DNA of 64,000 bases from Candidatus Nomurabacteria bacterium (GCA_020847275.1 JADLCI010000007.1:188059-252058), one strand, 5' to 3'; positions 10,001-18,912 are shown, counted from the first letter of the stretch. The notes: generated from the sequence alone by a model not told the origin. Numbers and translations are program-made.

Positions 10001-10208
10001 CTTCCACGCCAATGATTGGTTTGATCTGGTTCGTAACGCATTCTTTATAAAATTCAATTGCACCATAGAGGTTGCCGTGGTCGGTCAGAGCAAGCGCTGG
10101 CATGCCGTGGCTCCTCGCTTTCTTAACCAGTTCGGGGATCTTGGATAGACCATCTAGCAGAGAGTAATGCGAATGGACATGAAGATGAACAAAACTAGTT
10201 TCCGACAT
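7011..10208 (-). CDS. dnaE: DNA polymerase III alpha subunit
   Basis: PHP-domain N-terminus MSETSFVHLHVHSHYSLLDGLSKIPELVKKA...ALTDHGNLYG. 1065 aa. Confidence 0.9.
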   Translation of the reverse strand: MSETSFVHLHVHSHYSLLDGLSKIPELVKKARSHGMPALALTDHGNLYGAIEFYKECVTNQIKPIIGVEAYVATRGRTDKEPHLDARRFHLTLLAKNLTGYKNLLKLVSQAYLEGFYYKPRIDKELLRAHHEGLICLSGCLAGELSRAVWNKNQEEAKKVATEYQEIFGAENYFIEIMHHPKIERQLEIKKDLIALAKELNIPLVGTQDTHYLEPTDAEAQDTLVAIQTGAFSDETKRFTNKEEDFSLISPTQALEYFQDAPEAVENTLKIAAMCDLKLELGKWVFPNFPVPAGSNYDMELENLGREKLTEYLAHHVTREAEAKTRFDYELGVITKKGYSPYFLVVADIISYARANGIFTNTRGSAAGSFISFLIGITNVDPLFYELPFERFLNAERPSPPDIDMDFADKRRDEIIDYVRQKYGPEKVSQIGTFGSMLARGSVRDVARALGFPYGVGDKISRLVPLGSQGFPMTINRALDSTPELKELYEKDKDTQKIIDLAKKIEGGARHISVHAAGVVISPTELTDYVPLQLDPKGGKTITQYDMHAVEDAGLLKFDFLGIRNLSILEDSVRLVRQILKEEIEIEKIALDDKKTFQMLARGETIGLFQLNGSGMTKWLKELKPSNIFDINAMVALYRPGPMESIPEYIKRKHNPSLVRYLDPRMKDILKHSHGVLTYQDDVMLVAIQLGGYSWVEADKLRKAMGKKIPKEMEAQREKLLAGLVKNGMSKKKAEELWHLIEPFAAYGFNKAHAASYGRVAYQTAYMKANYPAEYMTAVLSAEAGNIETIGETIKECGRMKLPVLPPDVNESFDDFTVVKNHSGDKIRFGLITIKNLGTEIAKAVVEERQQNGNYQSIANFLERIKHKNLNRKSLEALIKAGALDSLGDSRATLLANLEQLIAYHQETLKTNENQDSLFGQMSDQSSIPQLRLNESQDVDAKSKLAWEKELLGLYISGHPLDAFGDKFKNNEHTISRAKEFKEGASLFVGGIIEDVRSINTKKGDQMAFVRLSDYTGSIECVVFSRTYGQFKELLHPERCVAIKGRLSVRNNEPSVVVESLKELV

Positions 10209-10312
10209 AGAGTGAGTATAACAATATTTGACGCGGGTTCGACAGGGGATTGACAGTCTGTTTTGACTCGGTTTAAATCTCGACCGTTTTCGTGTTAGAG
10301 TTTGGGTAAATT

Positions 10313-10933
10313 ATGCCCAGACCTCGTTATGTTGTCGGGATTGACGAAGCGGGTCGTGGTCCACTTGCCGGTCCGGTTGCGGTCGGTGTGGTGGTGGTGG
10401 ATTTAGAACAGATTTCTAATCTGGGGGAGTATTTTAGTGGTGTAAGAGATTCAAAAAAACTGAGCGGAAAAAATAGGGAAATTTGGTTTCAAAAACTAAA
10501 GACGGAACGTGATTCGGGGAGGCTGTTTTTCGCTGTCACATTGGTTGGTAATAAGATTATTGATCGGAATGGGATTGTCTCGGCGATTAGTCATGGTCTT
10601 GATAAGGGCCTGGAAGAATTAAATGTCAACCCAGAAACTTGTCGCATTTTATTGGATGGTGGTTTACGTGCCCCGGATCGATACCAGAATCAGCAGACGA
10701 TTATTCGTGGCGACGAGAGTGAGCCCGTGATTGCGTTGGCTTCTATTGTGGCGAAGGTGATTAGAGATCGTTGGTTGATTGGTTTAGCGAAAAAATATCC
10801 AGATTATGGTTTAGAAAAACACAAGGGTTATGGCACGAAATATCACTATCTGGCATTAGAGAGGTTTGGTTTGTCACCAATTCATCGGGAGACATTCTGT
10901 CGTAGAATTTTTACAAAAAAATCCCCCCGCTAA
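10313..10933 (+). CDS. rnhB: ribonuclease HII
   Basis: VVGIDEAGRGPLAGPVAVGVVVV is the RNase HII active-site motif. Confidence 0.9.
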   Translation: MPRPRYVVGIDEAGRGPLAGPVAVGVVVVDLEQISNLGEYFSGVRDSKKLSGKNREIWFQKLKTERDSGRLFFAVTLVGNKIIDRNGIVSAISHGLDKGLEELNVNPETCRILLDGGLRAPDRYQNQQTIIRGDESEPVIALASIVAKVIRDRWLIGLAKKYPDYGLEKHKGYGTKYHYLALERFGLSPIHRETFCRRIFTKKSPR

Positions 10934-10955
10934 ACAAATCATTCAGCGGGGGGAT
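10914..10955 (-). terminator. rho-independent terminator for the minus-strand gene ending at 10974 (overlaps the rnhB 3' end)
   Basis: 10-bp GC-rich stem atccccccgc/gcggggggat (10921-10955), followed on the minus strand by a U-run (complement of the A-run at 10914-10920). Confidence 0.45.
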
Positions 10956-10973
10956 GAGTAAACCAGAGAAAGG

Positions 10974-11693
10974 CTAGGCCGGGTCTGATTCGTAAGCCTC
11001 CATGTTCATCGCCACTTCCGGGGTGGTTTGGGTGCGGTTTCTGAAGCAGCCACAGTTCTGGCTATTCGTTTGGCAGCTTCTGCAGAGTGGGTGGTAACCA
11101 GCGGAGCAACAGGCTTCGCATCGATCTTGGCCACAATCACAGCGTCCACCCGGACATTCAGCTGAGTCAGCTTGTGGCGTCGAGGTGTCCATTTTCGTGA
11201 GGACAACAAGGCCGTATTCTTCTGTGAACTCGTTGTACTCGTCGCCGTCGTAGGAGAAGCCGTCGTTCCAGGGGATGATGAAGACGTGTCTCGTCTTGTC
11301 GGAGATGATCTCGATGACCAATTTCTTCTCCACGACGGACACTTGCGCCTGTCCAGATAGCCCCATCTCTCTGGTGATGGAATCAGCTCCGAGAAGTTTT
11401 TCGGGTACGGCGCCGAGAGGAAACTCCCAGCCGATGTTTTTGCAAGAAAATCCTGCTGGCGCGGGTATCGAGAAGGCAATTGATGTTCCTTCTGCGACAC
11501 CGTTCTCGTCTCTTTCCACGATGATTGAGAGGTTGCCATTGCCGCGGTACGGAAGGATCAACTCGCCGAGCTTCTGTGGCGTTACTTCTGTTGTCGTCAC
11601 CGCCCTGAACTCGCCTTGGGGGGCCGAATACAGGATTGCTGGCAAAATCAAGAACCCGAGCAACATCACGAACACCAGTACCTTTTTCAACAT
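10974..11693 (-). CDS. hypothetical secreted protein with Cys-rich C-terminal tail
   Basis: N-terminal signal peptide [26 protein letters not shown]-terminal 60 aa contain at least 10 Cys ([37 protein letters not shown]). Confidence 0.5.
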   Translation of the reverse strand: MLKKVLVFVMLLGFLILPAILYSAPQGEFRAVTTTEVTPQKLGELILPYRGNGNLSIIVERDENGVAEGTSIAFSIPAPAGFSCKNIGWEFPLGAVPEKLLGADSITREMGLSGQAQVSVVEKKLVIEIISDKTRHVFIIPWNDGFSYDGDEYNEFTEEYGLVVLTKMDTSTPQADSAECPGGRCDCGQDRCEACCSAGYHPLCRSCQTNSQNCGCFRNRTQTTPEVAMNMEAYESDPA

Positions 11694-11843
11694 GTAGCAC
11701 CTTCTCTTTCAAGTAAAGGATCATTTTTGCCAACCAAACACTTGGTTGGACACTGCCCGTATCATATTACGAAGACAGAGAAAAGCAAGTTGACTTACAT
11801 AGTAATAAGTGTTTTATGTTTGAATAACAAAAAATGGTGGGTA

Positions 11844-11872
11844 TTGCCAGTAGACCGGTCATTTGTTATACT
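11844..11872 (+). promoter_or_regulatory. sigma70-like promoter candidate upstream of rpmF
   Basis: TTGCCA, 17-nt spacer, TATACT. Lies about 10 nt upstream of the first in-frame ATG. Confidence 0.3.
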
Positions 11873-11882
11873 CATTCTCGTT

Positions 11883-12110
11883 ATGGTTGTAAGAATGCGG
11901 CATACGCGATCTCACACTGGTAATCGGCGCTCACATCATGCGCTGAAGTCTTTGCCGTTAGTGAAATGCGAGAAGTGTGGTGACCAGAAACTACGTCACC
12001 GTCTCTGTCTCAATTGTGGTACTTATCGCAACCGAGTTTTGATTGATGTGGTGTCTAAGCAAGAGAAGAAAGACAAGAAGAGAAAAAAGGTGGCAAGTGA
12101 GGCGAGGTAG
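11883..12110 (+). CDS. rpmF: 50S ribosomal protein L32
   Basis: RRSHHAL...[22 protein letters not shown] matches the L32 zinc-ribbon consensus. The track ORF 11616..12110 over-extends upstream. Plausible starts are ATG 11883 or ATG 11895. Confidence 0.75.
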   Translation: MVVRMRHTRSHTGNRRSHHALKSLPLVKCEKCGDQKLRHRLCLNCGTYRNRVLIDVVSKQEKKDKKRKKVASEAR

Positions 12111-12157
12111 TTTGCTCGTCGATGGACGAGAGGATTTTAAAATTTTTCTAAAATAGA

Positions 12158-13063
12158 ATGGCTAACCGGCATCTGGCAAGAAGTATTGCTCTGCAGTCGC
12201 TCTTTGAGTGGGACGCGCGTGGTTATGCCACAGAGGATTTGGCCGGTGTCATTTTACGAAATGTTGCTGAATTCGGGCCGGGCTTGGAAGACGATGTTTT
12301 TATAAAAAGATTGGTTTCCGAGACAATTGATCGGAAGGAAAAGCTGGATTTAATTATTGCTAAGGCGGCACCAGATTGGCCGATTGAGCAGATTGCCATG
12401 ATTGACCGTAATGTTTTACGGCTCGGTCTCTGTGAGCTTCTCTTCTCTGACCATAAGGAAGTACCAGCGCGAGTGGCAATCAATGAGGCGATTGAGCTGG
12501 CGAAGACATTTGGCGGGGATAATTCTGGTAAGTTTGTGAACGGTGTACTCGGGGCAATTTACAAAGAGATGGGGGAGCCAGGGAAAGATGATGTTCCCGC
12601 GAAGAAAAAAAGACCGAGAGATATTCCCTACGAACAGATGCCGGTGGAGAAGCTGGGTGGGGCCGTCGTTTATTGCCGTGAGAATGGTCAGATTTTTTTG
12701 GCTCTTGTTCACGATATGTTTGGTTACTGGACTCTCTCCAAGGGGCATCTAAATCAGGGGGAGGAGACGGGTGTCGGCGTTGCTCGGGAAATCAAAGAGG
12801 AGATGTCTTTAACGGTGAGAGTTCTTGACCACCTGGCAGACAATGAATACATTTCTTCTGACCCAGAGAAGGGTAAATTACGCAAACAGGTCTCTTATTT
12901 TCTGGCCGAAGCGGAGGACAAGAACTCTTTGAAACTGACAAAGTCTGGTGGATTGGATGACGCCCGCTGGTTTGATTTGTCCGAAATCGCGGGTCTAAAA
13001 ATGTATGACGATGTTGTTCCCTTTGTGACGAAAGCAATTAGAATTTTGTCTACTAAAAAGTAA
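12158..13063 (+). CDS. nusB: transcription antitermination factor NusB fused to a C-terminal NUDIX hydrolase domain
   Basis: First ~140 aa match the NusB fold (ARSIALQSLFEWD...AINEAIELAKTFGGDNSGKFVNGVL). C-terminal half has a Nudix box GHLNQGEETGVGVAREIKEEMSL (G-x5-E-x7-REUxEE). Confidence 0.8.
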   Translation: MANRHLARSIALQSLFEWDARGYATEDLAGVILRNVAEFGPGLEDDVFIKRLVSETIDRKEKLDLIIAKAAPDWPIEQIAMIDRNVLRLGLCELLFSDHKEVPARVAINEAIELAKTFGGDNSGKFVNGVLGAIYKEMGEPGKDDVPAKKKRPRDIPYEQMPVEKLGGAVVYCRENGQIFLALVHDMFGYWTLSKGHLNQGEETGVGVAREIKEEMSLTVRVLDHLADNEYISSDPEKGKLRKQVSYFLAEAEDKNSLKLTKSGGLDDARWFDLSEIAGLKMYDDVVPFVTKAIRILSTKK

Positions 13064-13734
13064 TGAACTGGCAACAGGAATTCAAGAACCCCGATCTACT
13101 GCGTGAGGCTTTCACGCACCGTTCTTATCTGAACGAACATCCAGAAATAAATCTGTCGCATAATGAACGGTTGGAATTTTTGGGCGACGCGGTTTTGGAA
13201 CTGGTAACGACGGAGTATCTTTATACTAAGTATCAAGATGCGAATGAGGGTGAGCTAACTGCTTACCGTGCCGCATTGGTAAATACGGAGACATTATCAG
13301 CTGTGGCGCGGGAAGCAGGGATGAACGACTATCTCTTGCTTTCTCGTGGTGAGTTACGCGATACTGGTCGGGCTCGCTCTGTTATTCTTGCAAACACTTT
13401 TGAAGCAGTGCTCGGCGCCATTTTCTTAGACCGAGGTTATCTTGCTGTGCGTGATTTTCTTGATCACTATCTTTTCCCTAAGACAGATAAAATTGTGAAG
13501 GAAGCACTTTGGCAGGATGCCAAAAGCCTTTTTCAGGAGAAAGCACAGTCAGTCTCTGGTGTAACACCGGATTATCGAGTTTTGGGTGAGGTCGGGCCGG
13601 ATCATGATAAGATTTTTACTGTCGGACTTTATCTCAACAAAGAGCAAATTTCCACGGGAACTGGACCATCCAAACAGCGCGCCGAACAAGAAGCGGCGCG
13701 TCTTGGTTTAATTATCAAAGAGTGGAACAATTAA
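13063..13734 (+). CDS. rnc: ribonuclease III
   Basis: RNase III signature ERLEFLGDAVLELV plus a C-terminal dsRBD. Start overlaps the nusB stop (TAATG). Confidence 0.9.
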   Translation: MNWQQEFKNPDLLREAFTHRSYLNEHPEINLSHNERLEFLGDAVLELVTTEYLYTKYQDANEGELTAYRAALVNTETLSAVAREAGMNDYLLLSRGELRDTGRARSVILANTFEAVLGAIFLDRGYLAVRDFLDHYLFPKTDKIVKEALWQDAKSLFQEKAQSVSGVTPDYRVLGEVGPDHDKIFTVGLYLNKEQISTGTGPSKQRAEQEAARLGLIIKEWNN

Positions 13735-13744
13735 GTTTAGAACA

Positions 13745-15940
13745 ATGCGTTTGAAGCGGTTAGAATTGTCTGGGTTTAAATCTTTTGCTAAGCCAACAGA
13801 GTTTCTTTTTGATTCGCCGATTACGGCAATCGTTGGACCCAATGGTTCTGGCAAATCTAACTCCGCTGAGGCCTTTCGCTGGGTGCTCGGCGAGCGTTCC
13901 CTGAAATCTCTTCGGGGACAGAAGGGGGAAGATTTGATTTTTAATGGAACAGGGGGACGGTCTAACCGTGCCGTAGTTTCACTTGTCTTCGATAATTCAG
14001 ACCGATATTTCAACTTTGATTACGATGAAGTTAAGCTCACTCGAGAGGTCTATCGTGATGGTCAGAATGTTTACGCGGTTAACGGGACAATAGTGCGCTA
14101 TCGTGATCTCACCGAACTCTTAGCCGGTGTTTCACTCGGCGCCTCAGATCACTACATCATCAATCAGGGCGAGGCTGATCGCGTTCTTTCTGCTAACCCA
14201 CGTGAACGCCGGGCCCTGGTGGAAGATGCGCTCGGTTTACGTTTGTACCAGTGGAAAATTGCGGAGAGTGAAAAAAAATTAGAACAAACAAAAAATAATT
14301 TGAATCAGGTGATGAGCCTGCGTCGAGAAATTGCCCCCCACCTACGTTTCCTTAAGAAACAGATGGAAAAGGTTGAGCAAGCGGATCAATTGCGCCGAGA
14401 CTTGAAGGGGCTTTATTTGGAATATTTAAAACGGGAGGAGTCATATTTAATTCAAGAAAAGAAAAATTTAATTGAGGAAAGACAATCACCGGAAGGTGAG
14501 TTGAGAGAAATAGTTGGCAAATTAGCAAAGGAAAAGACAACCGAAGAAACCGAGGTTGAGGTTAGGATTCAAACTAACCGCGTGCGCGTGGAGAACGAAT
14601 TGCGAAATGTCGTTATGGAAAAAGAAAAACTAAGCCGCCAACTAGGGAGAGTAGAGGGGATGATTGAACTTAAAAGAGAAGCGATGACTAGTTCTGATTT
14701 GCCATCACAGCGGGATTTTTCTTTTACCGAAGTGTCTGATTTATTTCGACGACTAGAACAAGAAATTGGGGATGCGGGTAAGTTGTCTGACGTCTTTTCC
14801 ATCCGTAATGTTCTTCGGAAAATAACAGAGGTGCTAAAAAATTTTCTCCAACAGGGTCGGGAGAAAGACGAGAAGATGGAGCTGACTATGGAAATGGAGA
14901 GATTAGAAGCGGAGCAGAAGATGCTTGCGTTGGGGGTGGCAGATTTGAATGAAAAGGAGGAAAAACTGGAAGCCGAGAAGCTGAAACTAGAGAGAGAATT
15001 GGCGTCAACCATAGCATCTGTGCGTGAAGCCGAGCGGGAGATTTTTAATCTCAAAACTCGTCGTCAAGAATTGGAATCAAAACTGAACCTCCTTGATTCT
15101 CGAGCGGCGAGACTGAGGCTTGAGGAAACTAATTTCCAGAGTGAGCTGAACGAAGCGAGAGTTCTGGTCGATCAGGAGGTTGCACTTTATAAAAATTTTG
15201 TTTTGGCAGATGTTGACGAGAAAAGAGAAGAGCAAGAGAAGCGGCGCCACCAATTGGAAAGATTGAAGATAAAATTAGAAGATTTGGGGATAGAGTCGGG
15301 AGATACCATAAAGGAATATCGTGAAGTCAGCGAACGGGACATCTTCCTCTCCAGGGAGATTGCCGATCTTGAGGCGGCCGGGGCATCATTGCGGGTGGTG
15401 ATAGCCGAGTTAGTAGAAAAAATTGAACATGAATTTCGTGAGGGATTGTCTAAAATCAATAAACAATTTCAGGACTTCTTCTCATTAATGTTTGGTGGTG
15501 GCACGGCCGATTTGAGTATCGTTAAACAAAAATTGGTAGGGAAAACGGGGGATGAGGCGGGGGATGTAGAAACAGGAGAAGAGGCTAGTGGTTTGGATAT
15601 CAGAATCAATTTGCCACGGAAGAAGATTCGCGGTCTTGAGATGCTATCTGGTGGGGAGAGGGCACTCGTGTCAATTGCGCTACTCTTTGCTTTATCGCAA
15701 GTTAACCCCCCGCCGTTTCTTGTCCTCGATGAGACGGACGCGGCGCTCGATGAAGCAAACTCCAGGAAATATGGTGATATGGTGGCGAATCTTGCGAAAC
15801 ACTCTCAACTGATTTTGATCACTCATAATCGCGAGACAATGAGTCGCGCAGGCGTACTCTATGGTGTGACGATGAACACTGACGGCGTTTCCAAGCTGCT
15901 CTCAATTAAGTTTGATGATGCCACGCAATTCGCGAAATAA
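13745..15940 (+). CDS. smc: SMC-family chromosome segregation ATPase, short form (731 aa, no obvious canonical hinge)
   Basis: N-terminal Walker A head MRLKRLELSGFKSFA...IVGPNGSGKSN. Long coiled-coil. C-terminal signature LSGGERALVSIALLFA and Walker B FLVLDETDAALD. Confidence 0.75.
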   Translation: MRLKRLELSGFKSFAKPTEFLFDSPITAIVGPNGSGKSNSAEAFRWVLGERSLKSLRGQKGEDLIFNGTGGRSNRAVVSLVFDNSDRYFNFDYDEVKLTREVYRDGQNVYAVNGTIVRYRDLTELLAGVSLGASDHYIINQGEADRVLSANPRERRALVEDALGLRLYQWKIAESEKKLEQTKNNLNQVMSLRREIAPHLRFLKKQMEKVEQADQLRRDLKGLYLEYLKREESYLIQEKKNLIEERQSPEGELREIVGKLAKEKTTEETEVEVRIQTNRVRVENELRNVVMEKEKLSRQLGRVEGMIELKREAMTSSDLPSQRDFSFTEVSDLFRRLEQEIGDAGKLSDVFSIRNVLRKITEVLKNFLQQGREKDEKMELTMEMERLEAEQKMLALGVADLNEKEEKLEAEKLKLERELASTIASVREAEREIFNLKTRRQELESKLNLLDSRAARLRLEETNFQSELNEARVLVDQEVALYKNFVLADVDEKREEQEKRRHQLERLKIKLEDLGIESGDTIKEYREVSERDIFLSREIADLEAAGASLRVVIAELVEKIEHEFREGLSKINKQFQDFFSLMFGGGTADLSIVKQKLVGKTGDEAGDVETGEEASGLDIRINLPRKKIRGLEMLSGGERALVSIALLFALSQVNPPPFLVLDETDAALDEANSRKYGDMVANLAKHSQLILITHNRETMSRAGVLYGVTMNTDGVSKLLSIKFDDATQFAK

Positions 15941-15944
15941 AAAA

Positions 15945-15999
15945 CCACCAACGTCCGCCGACGTTGGTGGCCCATCCTAACTGCACGCAGTTAGGATGG
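15945..15999. terminator. two tandem perfect hairpins between convergent genes (smc on +, hypothetical on -)
   Basis: Hairpin 1: ccaccaacgtc/gacgttggtgg (15945-15970), preceded by AAAA, which becomes a U-run for the minus strand. Hairpin 2: ccatcctaactg/cagttaggatgg (15972-15999). Confidence 0.5.
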
Positions 16000-16027
16000 A
16001 TAATGTGTGAGGATGGCGCCGAGATAG

Positions 16028-16393
16028 CTAGGTCCAGGTTCCCACTCTTGCGGAAACAATTTTGACGCCAGCCGACCTAATCGATCTCAAGAGAGACTGA
16101 CAGGTCTGACTTTTCCTTGGGACAAAGCAGACCTTCTTTGAAGTATTCAGGCGGACTGTCTCTAGTTGGTGTTTTGTGAGCAGGTTCTCCAACTTGCCGA
16201 CAAAACCACTGTTGTCCGTTGTCTCATCAACCACAATGATGAACGTATTGCGCGGAAGGTGAAAAATGGCTGTTGCGTCGAATACTTCTGTGCCCAGTTC
16301 CCCTAGGATTTTTGCCTCAAAGATCTGTTCTTTCTCAGTCTGCCAAACCATTGTCGCACTCCTTTTTAATATGGCCTTGGACAATACTACCAA
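16028..16393 (-). CDS. hypothetical protein
   Basis: 121-aa ORF followed on the minus strand by a hairpin plus U-run terminator. No family recognised. Confidence 0.35.
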   Translation of the reverse strand: MVVLSKAILKRSATMVWQTEKEQIFEAKILGELGTEVFDATAIFHLPRNTFIIVVDETTDNSGFVGKLENLLTKHQLETVRLNTSKKVCFVPRKSQTCQSLLRSIRSAGVKIVSARVGTWT

Positions 16394-16459
16394 CTAGATT
16401 ATACTCTTAATCAAGCGGGTGTTTATCCACTCATTTAAGTATAACAAATTAGAGTAGAT

Positions 16460-16726
16460 TTGTCAAGGATGTATAAACCTAGAATTTCACAGGAAGAATT
16501 TAAAAAATTTAGACAGTCATTAGCTGTCCATAACTTTAGCGAGCGGGAGCGTGATCGAATTGAAGAAATCTTTCGGGGCGATTTGGATGAATCTGGAGAT
16601 TTTTCTGGTATTGACGCTGGAGAACTTGAACGAGGAGTAAAGTATCTACGAGAACACAAGAGTTCTCACAATTTTTCCGATGAACGGATTGATCTTATTG
16701 AGAAAGAATTGAGAGAGAGACTATAA
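16460..16726 (+). CDS. hypothetical small acidic protein
   Basis: 88-aa ORF. Likely true start is ATG at 16469 (MYKPR...). No family recognised. Confidence 0.3.
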   Translation: MSRMYKPRISQEEFKKFRQSLAVHNFSERERDRIEEIFRGDLDESGDFSGIDAGELERGVKYLREHKSSHNFSDERIDLIEKELRERL

Positions 16727-16738
16727 AATTTTACTTTT

Positions 16739-16972
16739 CTAATTACCGTCACTTTCACGCACACTCAACATTTTGCTCGGAGAGTGGTGACCGTTGACGA
16801 TACGGATTCTGGACGCGGGTATATTGAGATGAATCGCGACTAATCGAACGACACTTTTGTTGGCCAAGTTTTGCTCCGCTTTGGCCCGGACGGTGATATT
16901 GAAATGGTCAGCTGATACTTGTTCAATCTTATCTCTCTTCGCTCCGGCGATGACGTTAATTTTGAGATACAT
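16739..16972 (-). CDS. DUF167/YggU-family small protein
   Basis: Pattern ...GAKRDKI...V.V.AKAEQNLANKSVVRLVAIHLNIPASRIRIVNGHHSPSKML resembles YggU (ApPvdGqAN...ks.v.iv.G..sr.K). Confidence 0.5.
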   Translation of the reverse strand: MYLKINVIAGAKRDKIEQVSADHFNITVRAKAEQNLANKSVVRLVAIHLNIPASRIRIVNGHHSPSKMLSVRESDGN

Positions 16973-18895
16973 TTACACGAAGACGAAATCGAGCATTTTC
17001 TCACGTAAGTCGGCTTTGAGGAGTTTTATCCTCACTCTGTCGCCAAGACGGAAACGCTTACCGGTGTTTCTGCCAATCATGGAGTATTGCGCTTCATCAA
17101 ACATATAGTAATCGTCTGAAAGATCGAGAAGTCGTACCATTCCCTCAGCCAGAGTTTCGTTCTCCTGGACATAGATGCCCCACTTGGCGAGACCAGAGAT
17201 CACGCCGTCGAAGGTTTGACCGACACGTGAAGCGAGATATTCTACCTGTTTATATTTAATAGAATCACGTTCAGCCTCGGAGGCGGCGATTTCCATTTGC
17301 GTGGCGTGGATTACCAATTGCTCGTAATCTTTCAGCATTTCTGTGCTCGGTTTATCTCCGGTCAGGTAAATTGCCAGCAAGCGGTGAACCATTACATCAG
17401 GATAGCGACGAATTGGCGATGTGAAATGGGTATAGTGGGCAAAGGCGAGGCCGTAGTGTCCGATATTTTTCATATTATAAACAGCCTTAGACATGCTCCG
17501 CATGGTGGCGGTCTGGATCATCACTTCTTCCGGCGTACCACGAGAAGATTTCAGTAGTTCATTAATGCTACGCTGGTCGATTTTCTCTGTATCAAACTTT
17601 ATTCGATAACCAAATGGTCCGATGAAATTGGCGAGTTGTTTAAGTTTATCCCGGTCAGGGTTGTCGTGAATTCGGTAGACAAATTTGTGATCGGCTTCTT
17701 TTACCAGGTTGGAGACAAACTCGGCCACCGCCTTGTTGGCGAGAAGCATGAAGTCTTCTACCAGCATATTTGAATCGGTTCGTGGTTTGCGAACCACCTT
17801 GACTGGTCGCCCGTCTTCATCCAACACAAACTTGATTTCATCTCGGTCAAAAGAGATTGCCCCTGCTGCCAGCTTTTCTGACCGAAGATGATAGGCAATC
17901 TTGTTTAGGGTGCTTAGCTCATCATAGTAGAGACCAACTTTTGATGTCAGAATTTCTTGAACCTCTTCGTAGGTGAATCGTTTGTTGGAGTGGATTACTG
18001 TTCGACCGAACCACTTGTCCGTAATCTTAAGGTTTTCATCGAAAGTAAAAATGGCCGAGAAGGTTAGTTTGTCTTCATCTGGATTCAAACTGCACAAATC
18101 GTTGGAGAGAACTTCTGGCAACATTGGAATTGTCCGATCAACAAGGTAGATAGAAGTGGCGCGACCTCGAGCTTCGTTGTCCAGCTTACTGCCTGGTTTC
18201 AGATAATGGGACACGTCCGCAATGTGTATCCCCACTTCAATTTTTCCATCTGGTAACTTCTTGAACGAGATGGCGTCGTCGAAGTCTTTTGCATCAAATG
18301 GATCAATCGTAATCGTGAGCGTGTCGCGCAGGTCTCGTCGCTTCTTTATCTCTTCGGGCATTTCTGTTTCAGCTTGCTTCTTGAGCTGATCGGCCTCTGT
18401 TTCCACACCGTCGGGAAAGCCAAGCTGGAACCCTTTCTCATACACAATCGAGCGCATTTCTGTCTCGTGATCACCTGGTTGGCCGATTACGGTCAAAACT
18501 TCACCAAGCGGATCTTTTTTCGGATCGTGCCATTCGACAATTCTGACTAATACCTTGTCTCCAGCCTTGGCCTCGTTCAATTTTTCAGGAGCGACGAGGA
18601 TATCTTTGTAAACTCTCTTGTCGTCCGGCACGAGATAATAGAAACCGTTGTCGCTCTCCAATATGCCCACGAAGTCTAATCTCTTGCGTTCCAGAATTTC
18701 CACTACTTCGCCGGTGGGAATTTCGTTTGGGCTGGTTGGGTGAAGTGAAACTTTTACTAGGTCCCCGTGTAATGCGGTATTGAGAAAGTTTTGTTCAATC
18801 TCTACCGCTGGACTATTCCGGCCAGCGGCTGGGTCAATCGAGACATAACCAATTCCCTTCGCTGAGACACGGAGGTTTCCTTCGAGATATTTCAT
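16973..18895 (-). CDS. rnr: ribonuclease R (RNB-family 3'-5' exoribonuclease)
   Basis: Cold-shock-like N-terminus, RNB catalytic domain, C-terminal S1 domain (FRLGDRVRIKLLKAD). 640 aa. Confidence 0.85.
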   Translation of the reverse strand: MKYLEGNLRVSAKGIGYVSIDPAAGRNSPAVEIEQNFLNTALHGDLVKVSLHPTSPNEIPTGEVVEILERKRLDFVGILESDNGFYYLVPDDKRVYKDILVAPEKLNEAKAGDKVLVRIVEWHDPKKDPLGEVLTVIGQPGDHETEMRSIVYEKGFQLGFPDGVETEADQLKKQAETEMPEEIKKRRDLRDTLTITIDPFDAKDFDDAISFKKLPDGKIEVGIHIADVSHYLKPGSKLDNEARGRATSIYLVDRTIPMLPEVLSNDLCSLNPDEDKLTFSAIFTFDENLKITDKWFGRTVIHSNKRFTYEEVQEILTSKVGLYYDELSTLNKIAYHLRSEKLAAGAISFDRDEIKFVLDEDGRPVKVVRKPRTDSNMLVEDFMLLANKAVAEFVSNLVKEADHKFVYRIHDNPDRDKLKQLANFIGPFGYRIKFDTEKIDQRSINELLKSSRGTPEEVMIQTATMRSMSKAVYNMKNIGHYGLAFAHYTHFTSPIRRYPDVMVHRLLAIYLTGDKPSTEMLKDYEQLVIHATQMEIAASEAERDSIKYKQVEYLASRVGQTFDGVISGLAKWGIYVQENETLAEGMVRLLDLSDDYYMFDEAQYSMIGRNTGKRFRLGDRVRIKLLKADLREKMLDFVFV

Positions 18896-18912
18896 GAAAT
18901 TTGATTTTATAA

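Noticed and set aside
7025-10148. Antisense or alternative-frame ORFs inside dnaE (for example 7025..7324-, 7101..7328+, 8308..8625+, 9816..10148+)
   Set aside because: They are embedded in a well-supported 1065-aa dnaE ORF, and their translations have no recognisable features.
11006-11733. Overlapping alternative-frame ORFs 11006..11539(-), 11275..11697(+), 11383..11733(-) and 11172..11360(+)
   Set aside because: All lie inside the 10974..11693 secreted-protein gene in a GC-rich stretch. Only the signal-peptide-bearing frame has a sensible start and domain logic.
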